A DNA stretch of 59,177 nt from an uncultured Flavobacteriaceae bacterium (GTDB taxonomy: Bacteria > Bacteroidota > Bacteroidia > NS11-12g > UBA955), in assembly GCA_964554385.1 (NCBI GenBank), contig CAZKOM010000001.1:1-59177 (forward strand). Direction: 5' to 3'. The first letter of the stretch is position 1. Each line of letters starts with the position of its first letter. A program made the position numbers and the translations under genes. Shown here one piece after another: positions 9,773 to 18,404 of this stretch. Below the pieces are notes generated by a model that had not been told where the DNA came from, made no database searches, and worked only from the letters and a program-made list of their open reading frames with translations.

Positions 9773-12034
9773 ATGTCGAAGAAGAAATTATTGGATGCCC
9801 TCAGCTACCATGCCGATGGAAGACCTGGGAAAATTGAAGTTATCTCTACCAAACCTACGCAAACTCAATTCGATTTAGCTTTAGCCTACTCTCCAGGAGT
9901 GGCAGAGCCATGCTTAGCCATTGCAGAAAATGTAGATGACGTATACAAATACACGGCCAAGGGAAATTTAGTTGCTGTAATTTCCAATGGCACCGCAGTA
10001 TTGGGCTTAGGGGATATTGGTCCGGAAGCTTCAAAACCCGTAATGGAAGGCAAAGGGGTGTTGTTTAAAATCTTTGCTGATATTGATGTGTTTGATATTG
10101 AATTAAACTGCAAAGACGTGGATGATTTCGTCCGCACGGTTAAAGCCATGGAACCCACTTTTGGGGGAATTAATTTGGAAGATATCAAAGCTCCAGAGAG
10201 TTTTGAAATTGAAGAAAGGCTGAAGGCGGAGTTGAATATCCCGATCATGCACGATGACCAGCACGGTACGGCAATCATTTCAGGAGCCGGTTTGATTAAT
10301 GCACTTCGAATCGTTGATAAAAAAATTGAGGATGTACGATTGGTGGTTAACGGTGCAGGGGCATCGGCCATCGCTTGTACTAAACTTTTTGTAAGTCTCG
10401 GTGCAAAGAAAGAAAACATCATTATGTTGGATTCCAAAGGAGTTTTGCATACATCGAGAACCGATTTGGATAAATATAAGCAACAGTTTGCTACTGACGC
10501 TAATGCCACAACATTAGAAGAAGCATTGGTAAATGCCGATGTTTTCGTAGGATTGAGCAAAGGGAATATTCTTAGTCAAGATATGATTCGTTCTATGGCC
10601 AATGATCCCATAGTATTTGCCATGGCAAATCCCGATCCTGAGATCGATTATAATACGGCCATTGCTGCAAGACCCGATATTATCATGGCTACTGGAAGAA
10701 GTGATTTTCCCAACCAGGTGAATAATGTTTTAGGTTTTCCATTTATCTTCAGAGGTGCACTGGATGTAAGATCTACCGCTATTAATGAAGAAATGAAATT
10801 GGCTGCCGTTAGGGCCATTGCCGATTTAGCCATGGAGCCTGTTCCTGAATCGGTAATGATGGCGTATAATGAGAAAAACCTCACATTTGGTAGAAATTAC
10901 TTTATCCCAAAGCCCTTAGATCCGCGTTTATTAACCACAGTAGCTCCTGCAGTAGCGAAAGCTGCCATGGATAGCGGAGTAGCTCGGGCTCCAATTACAG
11001 ATTGGGAAGGGTACAAAGCTTCTTTACGTAAACGATTAGGAATTGATAATGATTTCGTAAATCGATTGATGTTGAAAGCAAAGACGGCTCCTAAACGTGT
11101 AGTTTTTGCGGAGGCTGATAATGTAAGTATCTTAAGAGCTGCTCAAATGGCGGCTAATGAAGGAATTTGTAAACCTATATTATTGGGCAAGCAAGAAGTT
11201 ATCGATCGTTTATTATCGGAAAATAACATTGAAATACCCAATGCAGTAGTTTTAGATCCTAGACAAGAATCTGATAAAAGGAAGATTTACGGCGAAATTC
11301 TATACAAGCAAAGAGCGCGAAAGGGGTTAACTCCGTACGAAGCAGAATATAAAATGCGCAACCGGAATTATTATGGTGCAATGATGGTAGAACAGGGAGA
11401 TGCAGATGCATTTATTTCTGGGTTGAGTAGGAATTATCCTATCGCATTAAAACCTGCAATTGAGGTAATTGGATTAAATAAAAAGCACAGTAAATTGGCA
11501 GGGATGCATATCATGATGACCAAATCGGGTCCTATGTTTTTGGCCGATACCACAGTAAATATTGATTATACGGTAGATACCTATGTTCAGTTAGTACGAA
11601 TGGTTCATGATAGAATAAAATCTTTACAGATGGATCCTAGAATTGCTTTGATTAGCTACAGCAATTTCGGTAGTTCTGCAGGTAAATATCCCGATATGGT
11701 ACGCGAAGCTGTTTCTATTTTACATAGAGATTATCCAGAAATTTGTGTTGACGGCGAAATGCAGCCCATTTATGCCGTAGACGGCAAGGCTCGCTTCGAA
11801 CAATATCCATTCAATAAATTGGGTGATAAATCGGCGAACGCATTTGTATTCAGTAATTTGAGTACTGGAAATGCATCGTATCAATTAATGCGTGCTATGG
11901 GGATGGCCGAATCCATAGGCCCTGTACTGTTAGGATTTAAAAAATCCGTGCATATCTTACATCATAGTTCTTCAGTTCGTGAAATTGTTAACATGACCGC
12001 CTTGGCAGTTTGCGAAGCTCAAGATAAGGAATGA
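9773..12034 (+). CDS. maeB: NADP-dependent malic enzyme (malic enzyme fused to a phosphate-acetyltransferase-like domain)
   Basis: N-terminus MSKKKLLDALSYHADGRPGKIEV..., malic-enzyme NAD(P) site VVNGAGASAIA, and a ~330-aa C-terminal PTA-like domain. Confidence 0.93.
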   Translation: MSKKKLLDALSYHADGRPGKIEVISTKPTQTQFDLALAYSPGVAEPCLAIAENVDDVYKYTAKGNLVAVISNGTAVLGLGDIGPEASKPVMEGKGVLFKIFADIDVFDIELNCKDVDDFVRTVKAMEPTFGGINLEDIKAPESFEIEERLKAELNIPIMHDDQHGTAIISGAGLINALRIVDKKIEDVRLVVNGAGASAIACTKLFVSLGAKKENIIMLDSKGVLHTSRTDLDKYKQQFATDANATTLEEALVNADVFVGLSKGNILSQDMIRSMANDPIVFAMANPDPEIDYNTAIAARPDIIMATGRSDFPNQVNNVLGFPFIFRGALDVRSTAINEEMKLAAVRAIADLAMEPVPESVMMAYNEKNLTFGRNYFIPKPLDPRLLTTVAPAVAKAAMDSGVARAPITDWEGYKASLRKRLGIDNDFVNRLMLKAKTAPKRVVFAEADNVSILRAAQMAANEGICKPILLGKQEVIDRLLSENNIEIPNAVVLDPRQESDKRKIYGEILYKQRARKGLTPYEAEYKMRNRNYYGAMMVEQGDADAFISGLSRNYPIALKPAIEVIGLNKKHSKLAGMHIMMTKSGPMFLADTTVNIDYTVDTYVQLVRMVHDRIKSLQMDPRIALISYSNFGSSAGKYPDMVREAVSILHRDYPEICVDGEMQPIYAVDGKARFEQYPFNKLGDKSANAFVFSNLSTGNASYQLMRAMGMAESIGPVLLGFKKSVHILHHSSSVREIVNMTALAVCEAQDKE

Positions 12035-12456
12035 TTGTAGAAGTAATTGACTTTCAAAGTAAAGACTATTTTCAAGCACTGGCTGTTAGAGATTTAGTAC
12101 TCCGACAGCCATTGAACTTACAATTTCAACCTGAACAACTGGCAACTGAAAATTTAGATATCCATATAGTTGCAAAATGTAACCATAGGGTTGTTGGAAC
12201 AATGATTATGACGGTAGATAACAATAAGGCCAAAATGCGACAAGTAGCGGTGTTATTCAAATTTCAGTCTGAAGGCGTTGGTAAAAAAATGGTGGAAGTA
12301 TTTGAACAATTATCTAAAAGTAAAGGGTTGAATTCCATTGTATTGCATGCAAGAGAGACGGCAGTTAGTTTTTATAAAAAGCTTGGATATACTACTGAGG
12401 GTGATCAATTTGAAGAAGTTGGTATACCGCATTTGAAGATGAGTAAATTATTATAA
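12031..12456 (+). CDS. GNAT family N-acetyltransferase
   Basis: 141 aa. Acetyl-CoA motif-A-like segment (RQVAVLFKFQSEGVGKKMV). ATGA overlap with the maeB stop. Confidence 0.75.
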   Translation: MIVEVIDFQSKDYFQALAVRDLVLRQPLNLQFQPEQLATENLDIHIVAKCNHRVVGTMIMTVDNNKAKMRQVAVLFKFQSEGVGKKMVEVFEQLSKSKGLNSIVLHARETAVSFYKKLGYTTEGDQFEEVGIPHLKMSKLL

Positions 12457-12579
12457 TTATGCCATTTCATGGTTGCTATGCGTTTGCCACAATAGCAGTT
12501 CATATACAGATTAAACAATTATAATCGTTTATAAACGCTTTTTCATCTGTTTGTAAATCCGAAAAACCATAAGATTGGA

Positions 12580-12587
12580 TATCTTTG
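12580..12587 (+). promoter_or_regulatory. -7 box TATCTTTG, 14 nt upstream of the rseP ATG
   Basis: ttggaTATCTTTGtgttttgtaatttaATG. The box lies inside the TTG-extended ORF-track start. Confidence 0.5.
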
Positions 12588-12601
12588 TGTTTTGTAATTT
12601 A

Positions 12602-14005
12602 ATGGAAGCTTTAATCACTGCTGCACAATTCGTCTTAGCCCTGTCAATCTTAATCACTTTGCATGAATGTGGCCACTTCTGGGCTGCTAGAGCCTTTGGT
12701 ATTCGAATAGAAAAATTTTATTTGTTTTTTGATGCCTGGGGATTCAAATTTTTTAGTTTTAAGAAAGGCGATACGGAATATGGTATTGGTTGGTTACCCT
12801 TAGGAGGATATGTAAAAATTGCGGGTATGGTGGATGAAAGCTTAGATAAAGATCAACTTGCATCTGAACCTCAAAGTTGGGAATACCGCAGCAAACCAGC
12901 GTGGCAACGTTTGATAGTGATTACCGGTGGTGTAATAGTGAATTTAGTTTTAGGAATACTAATTATGGTAATTTCAACCTTTATTCAAGGTGAAAAATAT
13001 ATTCCCAATGATAAATTGTCAGAGTTGGGTGGTGTTTATGCCGGTCCTGTTGCTAGAAAATTAGGATTTCAGACTGGAGATAAAATAGTAAGTCTTAATG
13101 GTAAAATAGTTGATAATCTTCAATCAGAATTCGGAGACCCTAGTTTTTTGTTAGCGGATAAAAAAGAAGTCGTTATTGAAAGGAATGGCGAAACCAAATC
13201 CATACAGCTTCCTAATAATTTGGAAGAGCAATTAGCAAGTTTGTCAGAAACAGAAAAAGAATATCCCATTTTTGCTCCTCGCATTGGATTTAGTGTGGAA
13301 ACGGTTCTAGGCGGTAGCAATGCATCCAAAGCAGGACTTGAATCCGGAGATAAAATTGTTAGATTAGATTCCACCAATGTGCAATCTTTCTTTGAATTTA
13401 GAGAGTTGTTAAAAACCTATGCAGGTAAAAAAATAACATTGACTGTAGTGAGAAATAGCAAATCAGATGCAATTTCGGACGCTGAATCGAATGCTGTCAT
13501 TAATAATTCCGATACCTTAAAACTTCCGGCATCTGTTACCACCGAAGGGACTTTAGGTTTTATGCCGAAGGATTTGGAGTTGGAGCAATATGTGAAAACT
13601 ATTAACTATTCGGTTTTTGAGTCTATTGTACTAGGTACTGAACGTTCGTTTTCTTTAATCGGAGGTACAGCAAAATCTTTGGGTAAAGTAGCATCTGGTA
13701 AAGTAGATGCATCTAAATCCTTAGCCGGTCCAGTTGGAATTGCGCAAATGTTTGGTGGAACTTGGGATTGGGGCAGGTTTTGGTCGTTAACCGCAATTCT
13801 CAGCCTAACCTTGGCATTCATGAATATTCTTCCAATTCCTGCTTTGGATGGAGGACATATGATGTTTATCCTTTGGGAGATGATTACCGGTAAGCCCGTC
13901 ACTGAAAAAGTATTGTACGTTGGACAGATTATTGGAATGGTAGTTTTATTATCGCTCATGGCATTTGTTTTTTGGGTGGATATCGCTCGTCTATTAAATC
14001 TTTAA
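12602..14005 (+). CDS. rseP: RIP (site-2) zinc metalloprotease RseP, M50 family
   Basis: HExxH motif (LHECGHFWAARAFG), PDZ-like central region (GDKIVSLNG, GDKIVRLD), and C-terminal NILPIPALDGGH motif. Confidence 0.9.
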   Translation: MEALITAAQFVLALSILITLHECGHFWAARAFGIRIEKFYLFFDAWGFKFFSFKKGDTEYGIGWLPLGGYVKIAGMVDESLDKDQLASEPQSWEYRSKPAWQRLIVITGGVIVNLVLGILIMVISTFIQGEKYIPNDKLSELGGVYAGPVARKLGFQTGDKIVSLNGKIVDNLQSEFGDPSFLLADKKEVVIERNGETKSIQLPNNLEEQLASLSETEKEYPIFAPRIGFSVETVLGGSNASKAGLESGDKIVRLDSTNVQSFFEFRELLKTYAGKKITLTVVRNSKSDAISDAESNAVINNSDTLKLPASVTTEGTLGFMPKDLELEQYVKTINYSVFESIVLGTERSFSLIGGTAKSLGKVASGKVDASKSLAGPVGIAQMFGGTWDWGRFWSLTAILSLTLAFMNILPIPALDGGHMMFILWEMITGKPVTEKVLYVGQIIGMVVLLSLMAFVFWVDIARLLNL

Positions 14006-14024
14006 TGAATAATTAATCAGTATA

Positions 14025-14543
14025 ATGGGTCTAAATCATTTCGATATTCTCGGGATTAAACCCTCTCCAATTATTAATGCGACAGAACTAAAGAGAGCGT
14101 TCATCACAAAGCAGAGACTAGTTCATCCAGATACAGGGGATATTACAGATACATCCCAGGAATTAAATGCTGCATATGAAATTTTAAAGACAGAGGAAGG
14201 TCCTGTAAAAAGTTTTCTGTTGTTGCATATTGCAGAGGATGCATTAAATAAGAATGTATTGCCATCAGATTTCTTGATGGAAATGATGGAACTTTCGGAC
14301 ATTATTGAAGAAAGTAAACTCTCAGAGGTTGGTGATGATAAAAAGCAAGCAGATGAAATACTCATGCGTTTAAAAGATGATCTTGAAATTGAAAAGCATA
14401 AATTATTTTCTAACTTAACAGTTTTAGAAAATGAAATTTCTAACGATAGACCGATTTATTTAGATGGGTGGATTGTTTGGTATCAGAAATTTAGATATTA
14501 TGCTAGATTACGTAAAAATTTGGATGGAATAGTAGAATTATAG
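14025..14543 (+). CDS. J-domain protein (HscB-like co-chaperone architecture)
   Basis: N-terminal J-domain with an HPD tripeptide (HFDILGIKPS...KQRLVHPD) followed by a helical C-terminal half. Assignment to HscB proper is not secure. Confidence 0.55.
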   Translation: MGLNHFDILGIKPSPIINATELKRAFITKQRLVHPDTGDITDTSQELNAAYEILKTEEGPVKSFLLLHIAEDALNKNVLPSDFLMEMMELSDIIEESKLSEVGDDKKQADEILMRLKDDLEIEKHKLFSNLTVLENEISNDRPIYLDGWIVWYQKFRYYARLRKNLDGIVEL

Positions 14544-14584
14544 TATCATCGTAAGCAGATAATAAGATTCACAATTACAGAATT

Positions 14585-15082
14585 ATGCCCTCGAAAACAA
14601 TAATTAAAACACATCATGATATTAAAAGAATGCTTCAGCGACTTAGTTATGAAATCGCGGAATCATTTTTTTCTGCTCAAGAAATATACTTAGTTGCACT
14701 GAATCATCGGGGTTTGAGTATTGCCAATGAGATAAATCAAGATTTAGCTAGAATTTTGCCTAATTGCACCATTAGCCTTGGTAATGTGGATGTAATTGGA
14801 GATTTTACATGGTCGGGTGTAGCACCGTCTCAAGTTTCTGCAGATATTCCAGTGGTGATTATTGATGACGTCATACATTCTGGATCCACCGTCATGAAGG
14901 TTCTAATGGCTTTGTATGATCATGGGTTTAAAACCATAAGAACTGCTTTTTTAGCAGATCGACAATATCGTAATTATCCAGTATCCGCTGATTTTATTGG
15001 TATCTCGCTGTCAACAACATTGCAAGAACATGTATTTTTTGATAATTCTGATCCGGGAGCATTGCTTTTGTATTTAGAATAA
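14585..15082 (+). CDS. Phosphoribosyltransferase family protein (PyrR-like)
   Basis: PRPP-binding loop VVIIDDVIHSGSTV. The size (165 aa) and N-terminus resemble PyrR/type I PRTases. Confidence 0.7.
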   Translation: MPSKTIIKTHHDIKRMLQRLSYEIAESFFSAQEIYLVALNHRGLSIANEINQDLARILPNCTISLGNVDVIGDFTWSGVAPSQVSADIPVVIIDDVIHSGSTVMKVLMALYDHGFKTIRTAFLADRQYRNYPVSADFIGISLSTTLQEHVFFDNSDPGALLLYLE

Positions 15083-15223
15083 TAATCTAATTACATGAAG
15101 CCACATATTTTCAAAGAATTTGTCTGTTATTATGAAACTAATATTTGTAAAAGTCATGCAACAATTTAATCTAAGTAGTTGTTATTTACTTTTATAGAAT
15201 TAAATTCCATCACTGAAAATAGG

Positions 15224-15231
15224 TAAATTTG
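15224..15231 (+). promoter_or_regulatory. -7 box TAAATTTG, 7 nt upstream of the GTG start
   Basis: aaaataggTAAATTTGacttacgGTG. Confidence 0.4.
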
Positions 15232-15238
15232 ACTTACG

Positions 15239-17731
15239 GTGAAAAAACTATTATTGCTTTTAGTCGCATTTTTTGCAGGTTCAATCTTAACGGCTACCCA
15301 TATTGTAGGCGGAGAGATGAACTATACCTACTTGGGCAATAATGAATATTTAATTCGATTAGATGTTTATTTTGATTGTCAAAACGGTAGTCCTCAAGCA
15401 ATTTCACAGGATGCTACAGCTTTTATTGGGGTCTTTGACGGGAATTCAAGAAATCTAATATCCGGTTTTCCAAGGGAAGTTTCTAGAAAGGGACCATTTC
15501 GGATAGTTAAAACAAATTACAATTGTATCGTACAGGCTCCTAATGCGTGTGTTGATCAATATTATTATGAAATTAAATTGAGTTTACCCGCCAGAACGGG
15601 TGGCTATTATATATCGTTTCAACGTTGTTGTAGAAATGGATCAATAACGAATCTCTCCAATCCTGGCGGTACTGGTGCCAATTATTGGACCCATATTCCA
15701 GATCCTCGTACTTTATCCAACGGAATCCATAATAATTCTGCGAAGTTTAAAGAATTACCACCGAATTTTTTATGTACCAATACGCCGTTGAAATTTGATC
15801 ATAGTGCCACAGACGTAGATGGAGACAGTCTGGTGTATGAATTATTTCATCCATTTACCGGCGGAGATCAAAACAACCCTCGTCCAGACAATACTTTATC
15901 TAATGGTTTATTGGAATTGCCCCCATTTTCTCAAATTACTTTCGGCGGTAGTTATACCTACAGTAATCCAATAAATGGTAATCCGGCTATGAATATTGAT
16001 CCTGTAACTGGATACTTAACCCTTACCCCTACTAGGGTGGGGCAATTTGTAGTTGGTATTTTAGTAAAAGAATATAGAAATGGAAAGCTGATATCATCTA
16101 CAAGAAGAGATTATCAATTCAACGTTCAAAGTTGTCAAGTGGATGTAGTTGCCAGTTTTTTCGTCCCAACCTTTTTATGTGGGTATAAATATAAATTTCA
16201 AAATCAGAGTTTCTCTGCTCAACGATATCATTGGGATTTTGGAATTGCTGGTAGATCGGATGATACATCAAATCAGAATAATCCTGAAATAAATTTTCCG
16301 GGTCCAGGAACATACAAAGTACGATTGTATGCCTACAAGAATAAATGTATGGATAGTTTCGTTGGAACAATTACGGTAGTTGAACCGAAATTACCCAAAC
16401 TACCTACAGATACTACAATTTGTCCTGGGGGTGATGTGAAGTTGAAATCCACAGTGGTGGGAGAGTCATACCGCTGGAGCACAGGTGATACCGCCTCATC
16501 AATCCAAACAAAATCCACCGGATTAATTTGGTTAGAAGTTAAAGTAAAAACCTGCGCATGGCGTGATTCCATGTTTGTTAGTGTAGATAATTCAAAAATT
16601 AATGCAACGGGCGACACGGTTTACTGTAGCAATTCCGCATTTATTAGGACATTAACCGCAACCACCGGATGGAAGACCTATCAATGGTCAACCGGAGAAA
16701 GCACATCATCTATTAATGTAACGAAAACAGGAATTTATAGAATTGTTGCGCAATCAATTTATGGTTGCTATTCAAGAGATTCTGCTGAGGTTTCGCAATA
16801 TACCCCAGTTGAAGTGGTCATTGATGATACAACGGTTTGTCCCCAAACTCCCATTATATTTTATTCTCAAAGGAATCTTACCAATCCAAACTTTACAGCC
16901 TTATGGAGTAACGGTTCTACCGGGTTTACATTTACAACCTTACAACCAGGTAGATATTGGTGTGAAGTAACCGTTGGCAAGTGCTCAAGAAGAGATACAT
17001 TTAATTTGATGAATTTCCCTAATGAGTTTGAATTGGGTGAAGATCTTCGCTTTTGTGAGTACATTGATACCATGCTTTCGGTGAGTTTATCTGGAGCTAC
17101 TTCCATTCGCTGGAACAAAGAAATAATAGGATCCTCTTATCAACTGAGAAAACCGGGAAAAGTAGTTGTTGATTTAATCAATAGATATGGTTGTAAAGAA
17201 ACAGATTCAATTGAAGTAAAATTGTACTTTAATCCATTAGTAGACTTAGGCCCTGATACTACACTGTGTTTAAGTGAGAATCCAATTTTAAATGCTGGTT
17301 CAGGAATGCGAAATTATCTATGGCACGACGGCAGTACAGAACAATACAAGGTAGCCTATGATTCAGGGTTTTATTGGGTACGTGTTGTAAGTCAGGAAGG
17401 CTGTCCTGCTTCCGATACATTGTATTTAAATAAACGTAAGGATTTATTTCCTTCAATAATTTGGATGCCGAATGCATTTACTCCAAATAATGATGGTAGA
17501 AACGATGAATACCCCAATAATCAATATAAGGTCAATGGCGCCTTTTATGAGGTGAAATTGTACAATCGTTGGGGAGAGCGAATTGCAGAATTTAATTCTC
17601 CAGAATTTAATTGGGATGGCAATATAAACGGAAATCCTGCCCCAGAAGGCGTTTATGTATATACCGTCTTTTACATAGGCTGTGATAACGAAAAAAGATA
17701 CCTGTATGGTAACTTTACCTTGCTACGTTAA
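15239..17731 (+). CDS. T9SS type-B sorting-domain (gliding-motility-associated C-terminal domain) surface protein
   Basis: GTG start and signal peptide VKKLLLLLVAFFAGSILTA. A PKD-like segment (YHWDFG...GTYKVRLYA). Five tandem Cys-containing ~70-80-aa repeats ([YLI]xW..G.T...G.Y....GC..D[ST]). C-terminal motif MPNAFTPNNDGRNDEY...GVYVYTV. Confidence 0.9.
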   Translation: MKKLLLLLVAFFAGSILTATHIVGGEMNYTYLGNNEYLIRLDVYFDCQNGSPQAISQDATAFIGVFDGNSRNLISGFPREVSRKGPFRIVKTNYNCIVQAPNACVDQYYYEIKLSLPARTGGYYISFQRCCRNGSITNLSNPGGTGANYWTHIPDPRTLSNGIHNNSAKFKELPPNFLCTNTPLKFDHSATDVDGDSLVYELFHPFTGGDQNNPRPDNTLSNGLLELPPFSQITFGGSYTYSNPINGNPAMNIDPVTGYLTLTPTRVGQFVVGILVKEYRNGKLISSTRRDYQFNVQSCQVDVVASFFVPTFLCGYKYKFQNQSFSAQRYHWDFGIAGRSDDTSNQNNPEINFPGPGTYKVRLYAYKNKCMDSFVGTITVVEPKLPKLPTDTTICPGGDVKLKSTVVGESYRWSTGDTASSIQTKSTGLIWLEVKVKTCAWRDSMFVSVDNSKINATGDTVYCSNSAFIRTLTATTGWKTYQWSTGESTSSINVTKTGIYRIVAQSIYGCYSRDSAEVSQYTPVEVVIDDTTVCPQTPIIFYSQRNLTNPNFTALWSNGSTGFTFTTLQPGRYWCEVTVGKCSRRDTFNLMNFPNEFELGEDLRFCEYIDTMLSVSLSGATSIRWNKEIIGSSYQLRKPGKVVVDLINRYGCKETDSIEVKLYFNPLVDLGPDTTLCLSENPILNAGSGMRNYLWHDGSTEQYKVAYDSGFYWVRVVSQEGCPASDTLYLNKRKDLFPSIIWMPNAFTPNNDGRNDEYPNNQYKVNGAFYEVKLYNRWGERIAEFNSPEFNWDGNINGNPAPEGVYVYTVFYIGCDNEKRYLYGNFTLLR

Positions 17732-17821
17732 TACTATCTATGCAGATTTTAACGCTGAACGGTTCACGACTAAATTACATCGTTTTATTTTAACCATGTA
17801 AAATGCCAGTTGCCAATTTAT

Positions 17822-18256
17822 TTATTGATAACTACTGATTCCGTTTTCTAAATTGCGTTCTTCTTCTAGATTATTGCGATTATTGGTAACTCTTCGAATT
17901 CCGTTTTTCAATAAACTAGAATTGAAATTTATCACTAAACCCAATTTATAATTCCCCAGACGTAACATACGTAGACATTTTTGTATGTGTGAATCTGAAA
18001 CTGATTCAGAAGTTTCTATGCTCACTATTAATCGGTCTTCAACCAATAAATCAACGGCATAACCGGAATCCATATTTAATCCTTTATATTGAATTGGTAG
18101 GATTTTTTCGGTATTCATTTTTAAACCATTTTCTGATAAATCAAAGGCAAGACATTGCAAATAAATATCTTTGGGTAAACCTGGACCAATGGTTTTATGT
18201 ACCTCAATTGCCATTCCAATGACTTGATGAGCGATATCGTTTTCGTCAGTTATCAT
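17822..18256 (-). CDS. GxxExxY-family (PD-(D/E)XK-like) protein
   Basis: The start was moved to the ATG at 18256 (MITDENDIAHQVIGMAIEVHKTIGPGL...). Family-typical core IGMAIEVH...YLQCLAFDL...LLVEDRLIVSIET...LVINF. The signature itself reads GLPKDIY, with K where E is expected. Confidence 0.7.
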   Translation of the reverse strand: MITDENDIAHQVIGMAIEVHKTIGPGLPKDIYLQCLAFDLSENGLKMNTEKILPIQYKGLNMDSGYAVDLLVEDRLIVSIETSESVSDSHIQKCLRMLRLGNYKLGLVINFNSSLLKNGIRRVTNNRNNLEEERNLENGISSYQ

Positions 18257-18268
18257 GTACGAGTAAGA

Positions 18269-18276
18269 CAAATATA
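18269..18276 (-). promoter_or_regulatory. -7 box TATATTTG, 12 nt upstream of the GxxExxY-family ATG
   Basis: The minus strand reads gatTATATTTGtcttactcgtacATG. Confidence 0.45.
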
Positions 18277-18404
18277 ATCAAAAAATCCGCAAAAACTAAA
18301 CAAAATCCAATTAATAAACTGAAAAAACTAAACAAAAATTGAGCATGATTTATTTAAATTCTTGCAAACCTTCTTATAATTTCTAAGTAATTTTACCCTT
18401 TGAA

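Noticed and set aside
9886-10560. Long antisense ORFs in the track (for example 9886-10560, 6074-6421, 53444-53809, 21171-21530, 39682-39942, 55908-56285)
   Set aside because: Each lies fully inside a strongly supported gene on the opposite strand and has low-complexity, Ser/Leu/Ile-rich composition with no motifs. These are typical shadow ORFs.
12526-12537. Palindrome CGTTTATAAACG followed by CTTTTT after the GNAT gene, considered as a terminator
   Set aside because: As a hairpin it gives at most a 4-bp stem with a 4-nt loop, which is too weak to call. It may be a protein-binding palindrome, but nothing supports that.
17732-17821. Terminator between the convergent T9SS type-B and GxxExxY-family genes
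   Set aside because: Only very short complementary segments (GAAC/GTTC) are present, with no convincing stem or T-tract.
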